Shown here in pieces: positions 28,057 to 36,967 of a stretch of DNA of 36,967 bases. The stretch is from the IMG/VR virus record IMGVR_UViG_2531839130_000014. The stretch is one strand, 5' to 3'. Each line of letters starts with the position of its first letter. Position 1 is the first letter of the stretch. This stretch comes from a virus. Lineage: Duplodnaviria > Heunggongvirae > Uroviricota > Caudoviricetes. The position numbers were made by a program, and so were the translations under genes. The notes under the pieces are model-generated. The model was not told the origin of the DNA. It saw only the letters and a program-made list of their open reading frames with translations, and did not search any database.

Positions 28057-28413
28057 ATGGCTGGAAATCAGCGTCAGGGGGTGGCGTTCATCCGTGTCAA
28101 TGGCATGGAGCTTGAATCAATGGAAGGTGCCTCCTTCACGCCTTCCGGCACCACCCGTGAAGAAGTGACCGGCTCGCGGGTTTATGGCTGGAAAGGTAAA
28201 CCACGTGCCGCAAAAGTGGAATGCAAAATTCCGGGGGGCGGTCCCATCGGGCTGGATGAAATTATCGACTGGGAAAACATCACCGTCGAATTCCAGGCTG
28301 ATACCGGTGAAACCTGGATGCTGGCGAATGCCTGGCAGGCGGATGAACCGAAAAACGACGGCGGCGAAATTTCGCTGGTACTGACGGCAAAAAAAAGCAA
28401 ACGCATTGCATAA
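28057..28413 (+). CDS. M: Tail tube protein (Mu M-like)
   Basis: 118-aa ORF following the sheath gene. Confidence 0.75.
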   Translation: MAGNQRQGVAFIRVNGMELESMEGASFTPSGTTREEVTGSRVYGWKGKPRAAKVECKIPGGGPIGLDEIIDWENITVEFQADTGETWMLANAWQADEPKNDGGEISLVLTAKKSKRIA

Positions 28414-28422
28414 GGGGAAACA

Positions 28423-28857
28423 ATGGACGAAATGAATTTAAGTCCTGAAGCACAGGAACTGCGTGACAGTATTGTGGCTGAGCTTCAGTCCGGTGGCCTG
28501 AAACTGAAAGACGGCCTGGCGTTCGGCACCGGTGACGAGACTGAAATGCAGTATGACGTGACACTGCGTGAACTGACCGCAGGCGATCTGATTGATGCCC
28601 AGGCGGCGGCTGAAAAGCTGGTAATGAGCAAGGAAGGCCCGGTGCTGGTCAGTTCCCCGTCCCGGATGGGACTGGAAATGCTGCGCCGACAGATTGCCAG
28701 CGTGGGCTGCATCAAAGGCCCGTTATCGCTGGCGCTGATGCGCAAGCTGTCCGTCGATGACTTCCAGCGTCTGTCGCTGGCCACAGAGATGCACGACATG
28801 GCTGTGGCGGCATCGCTGACGCAAGAACGGGGGCGAGTGGCTGCGGTGCCGGAATGA
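28423..28857 (+). CDS. Tail assembly chaperone (Mu gp41 position)
   Basis: 144-aa acidic ORF between the tube and tape-measure genes, followed by a 144-bp gap containing a short open alternate frame. Confidence 0.55.
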   Translation: MDEMNLSPEAQELRDSIVAELQSGGLKLKDGLAFGTGDETEMQYDVTLRELTAGDLIDAQAAAEKLVMSKEGPVLVSSPSRMGLEMLRRQIASVGCIKGPLSLALMRKLSVDDFQRLSLATEMHDMAVAASLTQERGRVAAVPE

Positions 28858-29001
28858 TATTGAGAAAGCGGCGACAGCGATTGGCGTTATTCTGAAAAGT
28901 GGCCCGGAATGGGCCTTGTCTCTCCCGCTGTCCCGCTTTTTCCGGCACTGCCAGCAGGCTAAAACCCTCTCTCAATATCACCGTTAAATCAGGAAATCTC
29001 T

Positions 29002-31077
29002 ATGACCGGGAAACGCTTAAAGGCGTCTGTCATTATTGATCTTAATGGCAATCTTTCCCGGCGTTCCCGCGAGTATTCGAACCAGATAAACGCCCTGTCC
29101 CGTAGCGGACAAAGTTCCCTTCGTGCCCTGCGTATGGAGGTTGTGCGCGTTTCTGGTGCCATTGACAGAATGGGTTCACTGTCAACCCGTACATTCCGAA
29201 TGCTGTCAGCCGGGGCGCTGGGTATCGCTGGCGTGGGTTACACCGCCAATAAACTGTTTATTGGTGCCGCCGCCCAGCGTGAGCAGCAGATTATCGCCAT
29301 GAACTCGCTGTATCACGGCGATAAGGCCAGAGCACAGGCCATGATGGCGTGGGCGAAGCAGAACGCAAAAGAAACCACCTGGGGGCTGGGCGGCGTTCTG
29401 CAGGAAATCCGCACATCAACGGCGTTTGGCATGACTGACGCCCAGGTAAAACAGTTCATCACCATGCTACAGAATCAGGGCGCGATGCATGGCTGGGATT
29501 TACCCACCGCGCAGGGGGCTTCGTTACAGTTCAAACAGATGTTTGCCCGCCAGCAAATCACGGCGGCGGACGCCAACCTGCTGACCGGTTACGGTATCAA
29601 CGTTTACAAGGTGCTGGCAGATGCAACGGGTAAGGATGAGAAAAAAATCCGTAAGCTGGGTGAAAAAGGCAAGCTGGGCAAGAAAGCCATTCTGACGGTA
29701 TTCCGGACCCTGCTGGAGCAGTCAGAAGGCGCACAGGCGGCTGCCATGAACTCCTGGGACGGGATGATGGCCCAGATGGAGGGCAACCTGCTTGAGTTTC
29801 GCACGAAGGTGGCAAACAGCGGCCCCTTTGAAGAAATCAAGAACGAGATGCGCCGGGTGCTTAACTGGCACGATGCGGCGGATAAATCCGGGGAGCTGGA
29901 CGCACTGGCAGAAAACATTGGTCAGAAATTCCTGACCACGTTCAGAAAGGTAAAAATCGCGGCGCAGGAATTATGGCGCTGGCTGAAACCGGGTAAAGAT
30001 GCGCTGGCATGGGTTGACCAGAATATTGTCAGCCTGAAAAAACTGGCTGCTGTTCTGGTGTCTGTCTGGCTTGCCAATAAAGCCCTGAGAGCAGGCTGGG
30101 CCGTGGCAAAACCCTCATGGCAGGTTGCCAGTTATCCGTTTAAAACCGGGCGTCGTATGTGGCGCTGGATGCGAAACCGCAAACGTGGGCAGGCAGGTCT
30201 GCCGGTCCCGGATGCCATGACGTCTGAGACGCTGTTGCAGGGTATCGGCATTCAGCGTGTGTTTGTCACTAACTGGCCTCACGGGTTCGGCGGTTACGGA
30301 AGCGGTGGCCGTGGTGGTCGCACCCGGAAAGGCAAAGGCATGACGCCCCTGTTACCCCGCCAGCCGTTATTGCTGTCCGGGCCACAGCCGCTGGCATTAC
30401 CTGCACCACGCCCTGTTCTGGCATTACCCCCACCCGGCGTACCGGTAACGGCACGGCCTGCACCATTACCTTTACCCGGTAAATCCGGTCTTCTGAGCAG
30501 GCTTGCAGGCAGTGCTGCCGGGCAACTGGTTACGGGAGCGGTCGGAAAGCTGGCTGATGCCGGGCGTGCCGCTGGCGGGTGGTTTTCCGGTATCGGAAAC
30601 AAACTTGCAGGCAGTGCGATCGGTCGGGTTGTGACAAAAGGTGCCGGGGCGCTGGGCTGGATGGGGAAAGGCGCGGGGCGTGCGTTGTCACGTCTGGGTG
30701 GCCCGGTAATGGGGGCACTCCAGCTTGCCCCCGTCCTGATGGATGAGCAGGCGTCAACCCATGAAAAAGCAGGCGCAATTGGCAGTACAGCCGGTGCATG
30801 GCTCGGCGGTGCCGTTGGCAGCCTTGCCGGACCGCTGGGTACGGTTGCCGGTGCCACGCTGGGCAGTGTCGCCGGGGAGTATCTGGGCGGTTTTGTAACC
30901 GACCTGTATCAGAAGTGGACGGCCACGGATAAGGAACCGCAGGAGCAAAAAGTGAATGCGGAAGCCTCGCTGCGCGTCGAACTTGGCGAGGGGTTACGTC
31001 TGACCAGTTCCCGCGTCACCGAGGATGGTATGGGGCTGAATATTTACGCGGGCGATAACTACATTACAGGCTGGTAA
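29002..31077 (+). CDS. Tail tape measure protein
   Basis: 691-aa ORF with helical N-terminal part and a Gly/Ala-rich C-terminal part ([26 protein letters not shown]...), downstream of the chaperone. Confidence 0.8.
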   Translation: MTGKRLKASVIIDLNGNLSRRSREYSNQINALSRSGQSSLRALRMEVVRVSGAIDRMGSLSTRTFRMLSAGALGIAGVGYTANKLFIGAAAQREQQIIAMNSLYHGDKARAQAMMAWAKQNAKETTWGLGGVLQEIRTSTAFGMTDAQVKQFITMLQNQGAMHGWDLPTAQGASLQFKQMFARQQITAADANLLTGYGINVYKVLADATGKDEKKIRKLGEKGKLGKKAILTVFRTLLEQSEGAQAAAMNSWDGMMAQMEGNLLEFRTKVANSGPFEEIKNEMRRVLNWHDAADKSGELDALAENIGQKFLTTFRKVKIAAQELWRWLKPGKDALAWVDQNIVSLKKLAAVLVSVWLANKALRAGWAVAKPSWQVASYPFKTGRRMWRWMRNRKRGQAGLPVPDAMTSETLLQGIGIQRVFVTNWPHGFGGYGSGGRGGRTRKGKGMTPLLPRQPLLLSGPQPLALPAPRPVLALPPPGVPVTARPAPLPLPGKSGLLSRLAGSAAGQLVTGAVGKLADAGRAAGGWFSGIGNKLAGSAIGRVVTKGAGALGWMGKGAGRALSRLGGPVMGALQLAPVLMDEQASTHEKAGAIGSTAGAWLGGAVGSLAGPLGTVAGATLGSVAGEYLGGFVTDLYQKWTATDKEPQEQKVNAEASLRVELGEGLRLTSSRVTEDGMGLNIYAGDNYITGW

Positions 31078-31081
31078 AACC

Positions 31082-32569
31082 ATGTTTGAAGATGCTTTAA
31101 ATGCCGTTAATGCTGTCCGGGATAAAACCGGTGGAGGCAGGAAAACAACCGGCAAAGGCACGTTCCGTAACGTGCCGTTTCTCGTCATCGAGGAGCAAAA
31201 ACAGGCTGGCGGACGTCGTCTGGTTAAACGTGAGTACCCGTTACGTGATACCGGCGGTGTCAACGACCTGGGGAAAAAGCTTCGCTCCCGCACATTCAGC
31301 ATCTGCATTCTGAACAGCAACGCAGAGACTGCCAGAGATGAAGCGGGTGCGCTGATGGATGCTCTTGATGCTCCGGGTAGCGGTGAGCTGGTACATCCTG
31401 ATTTCGGCACTGTGGCCGTCATGGTGGATTCATGGGAATGCCGCACTAAAGCGGATGAACTGAATTATTACGCGTTCACCGTTACCGTTTATCCGTCGTT
31501 GCAGGATACTGCCCCGGACGCAGAGACAGACACCAGTGTAGCCGTACCGGCACAGTCCGTTGCTGTAACCGGTTCTCTGGGAGATACGCTGTCCTCTGTC
31601 TGGCAGACCGTAAAAGATGGCACTGCGGCGGCAACCGCCGTGATGGAAGCTGTAACCGGTGTCATCGATGATATCAGTGATGCGGTGGACAATCTGGGGG
31701 TTACGCAGACTGTCAGCGGTCTGATGGGATCGCTTTCTGCGATGAAAGGCTCTGTGACCGGCCTGATTAACCAGCCTGCCATGCTGGCCTCCTCGCTGAT
31801 GGGGGCGCTGTCCGGCGTTTCATCGTTATGCGATACCCGGACAGCATTTTCCACCTGGAACCGTCTGGCGCAGCGGTTCGAACGTCGCCATGCCGCCACC
31901 GCAGGCAGACAGGGGGCAATCACAACCTCGTACAACAGTCCGGTTGCAGAAAAAAATATTGCCACACTGAACTACGTCATGCTGGCAGCGGCGCAGACAT
32001 ACCGGGCAGAAGCTGCCAGCCAGGCACTGACTGCGGCACTGGATTTCAGTCGCCGGATGGATAATGCCGCCCGTGCACCTGTACTGGATGCCCCGTCCAC
32101 CACAACCGGCACAGCCAGCGGGGCCAGCAGCACATCTGCTACCGTCACACAGGGACAGTTACAGTTAACTGCCATAACCCCGGACGGCGGCTTTTCACAG
32201 GTATCCTTTTCAGACAGTGGTACAGCCACGCCCCCGGTATTTGAAAGTGTGTCCGATATCGGAAAAACAGCCGCCATGCTGGGGGCTGCGCTGGATACCG
32301 TCATTCTGACGGCATCTGAGCAGGGCTTTTCGACAGACAGCGTTCAGCTTACGCAACTGCGTCTGCTGGTTGTTGCCGACCTGGAAAAACGCGGGCTGCA
32401 ACTGGCGGGTAGTGAAACGCACCGTCTGCCGGAGACGATGCCTGCAATGGTGGCCCTGTACCGTTACACAGGAAACAGCCGGAACTGGCAACGGCTGGCC
32501 CGCAGGAACGGTATCAGCAACCCGTTGTTTGTTCCCGGTGGTGTCAGTATTGAGGTGATTAATGAGTAA
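31082..32569 (+). CDS. N: DNA circularisation protein N-like tail protein
   Basis: 495-aa ORF right after the tape measure gene, starting [39 protein letters not shown], as recalled for Mu N family proteins. Confidence 0.7.
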   Translation: MFEDALNAVNAVRDKTGGGRKTTGKGTFRNVPFLVIEEQKQAGGRRLVKREYPLRDTGGVNDLGKKLRSRTFSICILNSNAETARDEAGALMDALDAPGSGELVHPDFGTVAVMVDSWECRTKADELNYYAFTVTVYPSLQDTAPDAETDTSVAVPAQSVAVTGSLGDTLSSVWQTVKDGTAAATAVMEAVTGVIDDISDAVDNLGVTQTVSGLMGSLSAMKGSVTGLINQPAMLASSLMGALSGVSSLCDTRTAFSTWNRLAQRFERRHAATAGRQGAITTSYNSPVAEKNIATLNYVMLAAAQTYRAEAASQALTAALDFSRRMDNAARAPVLDAPSTTTGTASGASSTSATVTQGQLQLTAITPDGGFSQVSFSDSGTATPPVFESVSDIGKTAAMLGAALDTVILTASEQGFSTDSVQLTQLRLLVVADLEKRGLQLAGSETHRLPETMPAMVALYRYTGNSRNWQRLARRNGISNPLFVPGGVSIEVINE

Positions 32570-33695
32570 TACCGTCACGCTGCGAACGGATGGCAGGCTT
32601 TTTACCGGCTGGACGTCAGTCTCTGTCACCCGCTCGATTGAATCCGTAGCCGGATATTTTGAGCTGGGGGTGAACGTGCCACCGGGCACGGATTTATCCG
32701 GGCTGGCTCCGGGGAAGAAGTTCACGCTCGAAATCGGGGGGCAGATTGTCTGCACCGGTTATATCGATTCACGGCGACGCCAGATGACCGCTGACAGTAT
32801 GAAAATCACTGTCGCCGGACGTGACAAAACGGCTGACCTGATTGACTGTGCTGCCGTTTACAGTGGCGGACAGTGGAAAAACCGCACACTGGAGCAGATT
32901 GCGCGTGACCTGTGCGCCCCTTATGGCGTTACCGTTCGCTGGGAGCTGTCAGACAAGGAAAGCGCAGCGTCGTTTCCGTCTTTTACGCTTGACCATTCAG
33001 AAACGGTTTACGAAGCGCTGGTGCGGGCCTCCCGCGCACGTGGTGTACTGATGACCAGCAATGCCGCCGGAGAGCTGGTATTCAGCCGGGCTGCCAGTAC
33101 GGTCACTGATGAGCTGATCCTCGGGAAAAATCTGCTGACGGTGGATTTTGACGAAGATTTCCGTGACCGGTTCAGCGAATACATTGTCAAGGGTTATGCC
33201 CGCGCAAACGGCGCTGAGGGTGATGATATTGATGCGAAAAGTATCGTCTCCCGGAAAGGGACCGCCACTGACAGTGATGTAACCCGTTACAGACCGATGA
33301 TCATCATTGCCGACAGCAAAATTACGGCGAAGGATGCACAGGCCCGCGCCCTGCGTGAGCAACGCCGCAGACTGGCAAAATCCATCACCTTTGAGGCTGA
33401 AATTGACGGATGGACTCGCAAGGACGGGCAACTCTGGATGCCAAACCTGCTGGTCACTATTGATGCCTCGAAATATGCCATCAAAACCACGGAATTACTG
33501 GTCAGCAAAGTCACCCTGATACTGAATGACCAGGACGGGCTGAAAACCCGCGTCAGCCTTGCACCACGCGAAGGCTTTCTGGTGCCGGTTGAAAGCGACC
33601 GCAAATCCAGAGGGGATGGTAATGATGGCGTTGATGCGCTGGTTGAAGATTATTATCGCAGACACCCGGAGAAAACGCCGCCGTGGAAAGAGTAA
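32562..33695 (+). CDS. P: Tail / baseplate hub protein (Mu P-like)
   Basis: 377-aa ORF overlapping N by 8 nt. Confidence 0.7.
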   Translation: MSNTVTLRTDGRLFTGWTSVSVTRSIESVAGYFELGVNVPPGTDLSGLAPGKKFTLEIGGQIVCTGYIDSRRRQMTADSMKITVAGRDKTADLIDCAAVYSGGQWKNRTLEQIARDLCAPYGVTVRWELSDKESAASFPSFTLDHSETVYEALVRASRARGVLMTSNAAGELVFSRAASTVTDELILGKNLLTVDFDEDFRDRFSEYIVKGYARANGAEGDDIDAKSIVSRKGTATDSDVTRYRPMIIIADSKITAKDAQARALREQRRRLAKSITFEAEIDGWTRKDGQLWMPNLLVTIDASKYAIKTTELLVSKVTLILNDQDGLKTRVSLAPREGFLVPVESDRKSRGDGNDGVDALVEDYYRRHPEKTPPWKE

Positions 33696-33706
33696 ATGAT
33701 TCCGCC

Positions 33707-34276
33707 ATGAACCGCCTGCTGACACCGCTGATGCGTCGTGTGCGTCTGATGCTTGCGCGTGCCGTTGTTAACGTGATTAACGACGGGCGAAAGGTTCAGA
33801 ACCTGCAGGTCGGTCTGCTGGATGATGAGGAATCTGATGAAGTGGAGCGCCTGCAAAATTACGGGCATTTCAGCGTTCCTCTGCCGGGCGCAGAGGCGCT
33901 GATTGCCTGTGTGGGTGCACAACGTGATCAGGGGATTGCCGTTGTGGTGGAAGACCGCCGCTACCGCCCGACAAATCTTGAACCGGGTGATGCAGGCATT
34001 TACCACCACGAGGGGCATCGTATCAGGCTGACAAAGGACGGGCGCTGCATCATTACCTGTAAAACGGTTGAGATTTACGCTGATGAAAGCATGACCGTTG
34101 ATACACCCAGAACCACGTTTACCGGCGACGTTGAGATCCAGAAAGGTCTGGGCGTTAAAGGTAAAAGCCAGTTCGACAGCAATATTACTGCCCCGGATGC
34201 CATCATCAATGGCAAATCGACGGATAAGCATATCCACCGTGGCGACAGCGGCGGAACCACAGGGCCGATGCAATGA
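33707..34276 (+). CDS. Baseplate assembly / spike protein (gpV-like; Mu gp45 position)
   Basis: About 189-aa ORF, start taken at the ATG at 33707. Confidence 0.65.
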   Translation: MNRLLTPLMRRVRLMLARAVVNVINDGRKVQNLQVGLLDDEESDEVERLQNYGHFSVPLPGAEALIACVGAQRDQGIAVVVEDRRYRPTNLEPGDAGIYHHEGHRIRLTKDGRCIITCKTVEIYADESMTVDTPRTTFTGDVEIQKGLGVKGKSQFDSNITAPDAIINGKSTDKHIHRGDSGGTTGPMQ

Positions 34277-34710
34277 CCGATTTAGCCATTATCTGGACGA
34301 ACGGACGCGGCGATATTGCACAGGATGGCATTGATATGCTGACCGACGACAGTCTGACGACCGATGTGACAATCTCCCTGTTTACCGACCGGCGCGCGCT
34401 GGATTCTGACACGCTGCCGGATGGTTCAGATGATCGCCGTGGATGGTGGGGTGACAGTTACCGCGACCGCCCCATCGGTTCGCGGTTGTGGCTGTTATCA
34501 CGTGAAAAAGCCACACCGGATACGCTGGAACGCGCCAGAGGGTATGCCGAAGAGGCGCTGGAATGGCTGAAAACAGCGGGCCGGGTGAGTGCGATTAACG
34601 TCAGAGCGGAACAGTTACATCAGGGCTGGTTATACCTCTACATTGCACTGACATTACCGGATGGTTCCGTTATTCCTTATGAGTTTAAAGCAGCATTTAA
34701 CGGGGTTTAA
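34273..34710 (+). CDS. Baseplate protein (GP46-like; gpW-type position)
   Basis: 145-aa ORF overlapping its neighbours, in the baseplate module. Confidence 0.65.
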   Translation: MTDLAIIWTNGRGDIAQDGIDMLTDDSLTTDVTISLFTDRRALDSDTLPDGSDDRRGWWGDSYRDRPIGSRLWLLSREKATPDTLERARGYAEEALEWLKTAGRVSAINVRAEQLHQGWLYLYIALTLPDGSVIPYEFKAAFNGV

Positions 34711-35793
34711 ATGGCTTATTCACCACCGACATTATCATCGCTGATTGCCCGTACAGAACAGAATATTGAACAGCGCCTGCCGGGTAGCTGGCCTCAGGCC
34801 CGTGAAAAAACGCTGAGTGCCATTGCTTATGCTCAGGCGGGCCTTGCTGCCGGTTTTCACGAGCATATTTCATGGGTTGGACGGCAGATTATCCCGTCGA
34901 CAGCAGATGAAGATGAGTTGCTGGAGCACTGCCGGTTCTGGGGCGTGCGCCGCAAACAGGCGACAGCCGCCAGCGGCCCGCTGACTGTCACCACATCGGC
35001 AGCGACCACCATTCCTGCCGGTACACGCTGGCAGCGTGCTGATGGTGTGGTTTACAGCCTGGCTGATGCCATTGTGATTGACCGTGCAGGAACGACGGAA
35101 ATTACCGTTACCGCACTGGCTGCCGGTGAGGCAGGAAATACCGGTGAGAATACCCTTTTAACGTTGATCACCCCGGTTGCCAGTGTTGTTTCCGATGCCA
35201 TCACTGTAAAAGGGTTTTCCGGTGGAGCTGATATTGAGAGTGCAGCGGAGCTGCTGTCACGGCTGGAATATCGTGTCCAGTATCCTCCGTTCGGCGGTAA
35301 TCAGTTTGATTATGTTCGCTGGGCACGTGAAGTCAGCGGCGTTACCCGTGCCTGGTCTTTTCCGACATGGAAAGGCGGTGGCACAGTCGGGGTGACGTTT
35401 GTTATGGATAACCGGAGCAATATTTTTCCACAACCGGCAGATGTGGAACGCGTGGCGGATTATATCGCCGGTCATACTGACCCGATAACCGGCCTGATTG
35501 TCGGACAGCCTGATGGTGTAAATGTCACGGTATTTGCACCAAAGGCAAAGCCGGTAAATCCACGGATTTATATATCGCCGAAGACAGCCGAACTGAAACA
35601 GGCTATTACTCACGCCATTAATACCATGTTTTTTAATGAGGTGACGCCGGGCGGTGCACTTGCCCCCTCCCGTATTATCCGTGCGGTGGCAGGTGTTACC
35701 GGTCTGGATGATTTTGAAGTGCGTTTCCCGACAGACATCCAGCGTTCGGAGAATACGGAACTGTTAACACCGGGGACAATTGAATGGCTGTAA
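34711..35793 (+). CDS. Baseplate J-like protein (Mu gp47 position)
   Basis: 360-aa ORF in conserved position after the gpW-like gene. Confidence 0.75.
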   Translation: MAYSPPTLSSLIARTEQNIEQRLPGSWPQAREKTLSAIAYAQAGLAAGFHEHISWVGRQIIPSTADEDELLEHCRFWGVRRKQATAASGPLTVTTSAATTIPAGTRWQRADGVVYSLADAIVIDRAGTTEITVTALAAGEAGNTGENTLLTLITPVASVVSDAITVKGFSGGADIESAAELLSRLEYRVQYPPFGGNQFDYVRWAREVSGVTRAWSFPTWKGGGTVGVTFVMDNRSNIFPQPADVERVADYIAGHTDPITGLIVGQPDGVNVTVFAPKAKPVNPRIYISPKTAELKQAITHAINTMFFNEVTPGGALAPSRIIRAVAGVTGLDDFEVRFPTDIQRSENTELLTPGTIEWL

Positions 35794-36326
35794 CACCCTG
35801 GCAGACGGCCTTTCTGCAATTACTGCCGTCAGGGCTTGCCTGGAATAAAAGCCCCGACAGCAAATTATCTGCGCTGGCGCAGGCCATCAGCGACGTGATT
35901 ACCACTGCGGCGGATGATGCGCGGCAAATGCTGCGGGAGCGTTTCCCGTCCACATCCCGCTGGTATCTGGGTGAGTGGGAATCATTTCTGGGGTTGCCGG
36001 ACTGTACCAGCGAAAACGGCACCCTGTCCGAACGCCGGCGGGCTGCCGCGAATAAAATGCGTATGACCGGCAATCTGAGTCGGCGCTTTTATGAATGGCT
36101 GGCTGCGCAGTACGGTTTTACCGTCAGGCTGACGGATTCCACAGAAGGCCAGTGGGTTACGCAGGTCAATATTTACGGTATTAAAAATTATCGCAACGCA
36201 ACGGTGCTGGATAATGTTCTGACGCCGTTACGTGTTTATGAATCGGGTGCGCTGGAATGTTTACTGGAGAAATATAAACCCGCGCATCAGATTTATAAAT
36301 TTGTTTACCATGACGGAGATAACTAA
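35784..36326 (+). CDS. Tail protein (Mu gp48-like, baseplate wedge / tail fibre adaptor)
   Basis: 180-aa ORF between the baseplate J-like gene and the tail fibre gene. Confidence 0.65.
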   Translation: MAVTPWQTAFLQLLPSGLAWNKSPDSKLSALAQAISDVITTAADDARQMLRERFPSTSRWYLGEWESFLGLPDCTSENGTLSERRRAAANKMRMTGNLSRRFYEWLAAQYGFTVRLTDSTEGQWVTQVNIYGIKNYRNATVLDNVLTPLRVYESGALECLLEKYKPAHQIYKFVYHDGDN

Positions 36327-36967
36327 TGTTTTATATTGATAACGACAGCGGCGTAACCGTCATGCCGCCCGTATCCGCCCAGCGTAGTGCTATCGTTCGC
36401 TGGTTTTCAGAAGGTGACGGGAATAATGCTATCACATGGCCCGGCATGGACTGGTTTAATATTGTGCAGGCGGAGTTATTAAACACGCTGAAAGAAGCCG
36501 GTATTCAACCGGATAAAACAAAATTAAACCAGCTTGCACTGTCCATTAAAGCCATTATGAGCAATAACGCGCTGCTGATAAAAAATAACCTCAGCGAAAT
36601 TAAAATTGCCGGGGCATCAGCACAGCGTACAGCACGTGAAAATCTGGATATCTGGGATGCCAGCCTGAACAAAAAAGGCCTCGTTCAGCTAACCAGTGCC
36701 ACTGACAGCCCCAGTGAAACGCTGGCAGCCACCGCAAAAGCGGTGAAAATTGCGATGGATAATGCCAATGCCCGTCTGGCAAAAGACCGGAACGGAGCAG
36801 ATATTCCCAATAAGCCGCTGTTTATCCAAAACCTTGGTTTACAGGAAACGGTAAATCAGGCTTCTGGCGCATTACAGAAAAACCAGAACGGCGCAGATAT
36901 TCCGGGAAAAGATACCTTCACCAAAAATATTGGTGCCTGCCGCGCATATAGCGCATGGCTGAATATT
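36326..36967 (+). CDS. Tail fibre protein, N-terminal part (partial; runs off the window end)
   Basis: ATG at 36326 with the frame open to the last base (read by hand). Contains repeated fibre-type motifs (KDRNGADIPNKPLFIQNLGL and KNQNGADIPGKDTFTKNIG). Confidence 0.65.
   Translation, partial: MFYIDNDSGVTVMPPVSAQRSAIVRWFSEGDGNNAITWPGMDWFNIVQAELLNTLKEAGIQPDKTKLNQLALSIKAIMSNNALLIKNNLSEIKIAGASAQRTARENLDIWDASLNKKGLVQLTSATDSPSETLAATAKAVKIAMDNANARLAKDRNGADIPNKPLFIQNLGLQETVNQASGALQKNQNGADIPGKDTFTKNIGACRAYSAWLNI

Larger units (their letters stand above)
4729..36967 (+). mobile_element. Mu/D108-family transposable prophage, left end through tail fibre gene; right end lies beyond the window
   Basis: Left terminus TGTATTGATTCACTTGAAGTACGAAAAAAACCGGGAGGACATTGGATTATTCGGGAT closely matches the remembered Mu attL. 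It is followed by c, ner, A, B, gam, gemA, mor, C, lys and a Mu-ordered structural module. Confidence 0.92.

Overview
The window joins two prophages. Positions 1-4728 are the integrase-proximal end of a Rac-like lambdoid prophage, all on the minus strand: intR, an excisionase-like gene, ralR, a single-strand annealing protein and a RecE-like exonuclease. At 4729 the sequence switches to the left end of a Mu/D108-family transposable phage (TGTATTGATTCACTTGAAGTACGAAAAAAACC...), which cuts into the 5' part of the exonuclease ORF. From there to the window end the Mu-like genome runs in canonical order: leftward repressor, operator region, ner, transposase A, B, a variable early region with gam, gemA, mor, middle operon, C, SAR endolysin and spanins, terminase, portal, head, sheath, tube, tape measure, baseplate, and the start of a tail fibre gene that runs off the window. 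The right end is not in the window. No rRNA, tRNA or CRISPR array was recognised. The most unusual points are the prophage-in-prophage disruption of the recE-like gene, a single minus-strand gene (12611-13027) embedded in the otherwise rightward early operon, and a block of uncharacterised early genes. All calls rest on reading the six-frame translations and the DNA by eye and on remembered family features; no database search was run.
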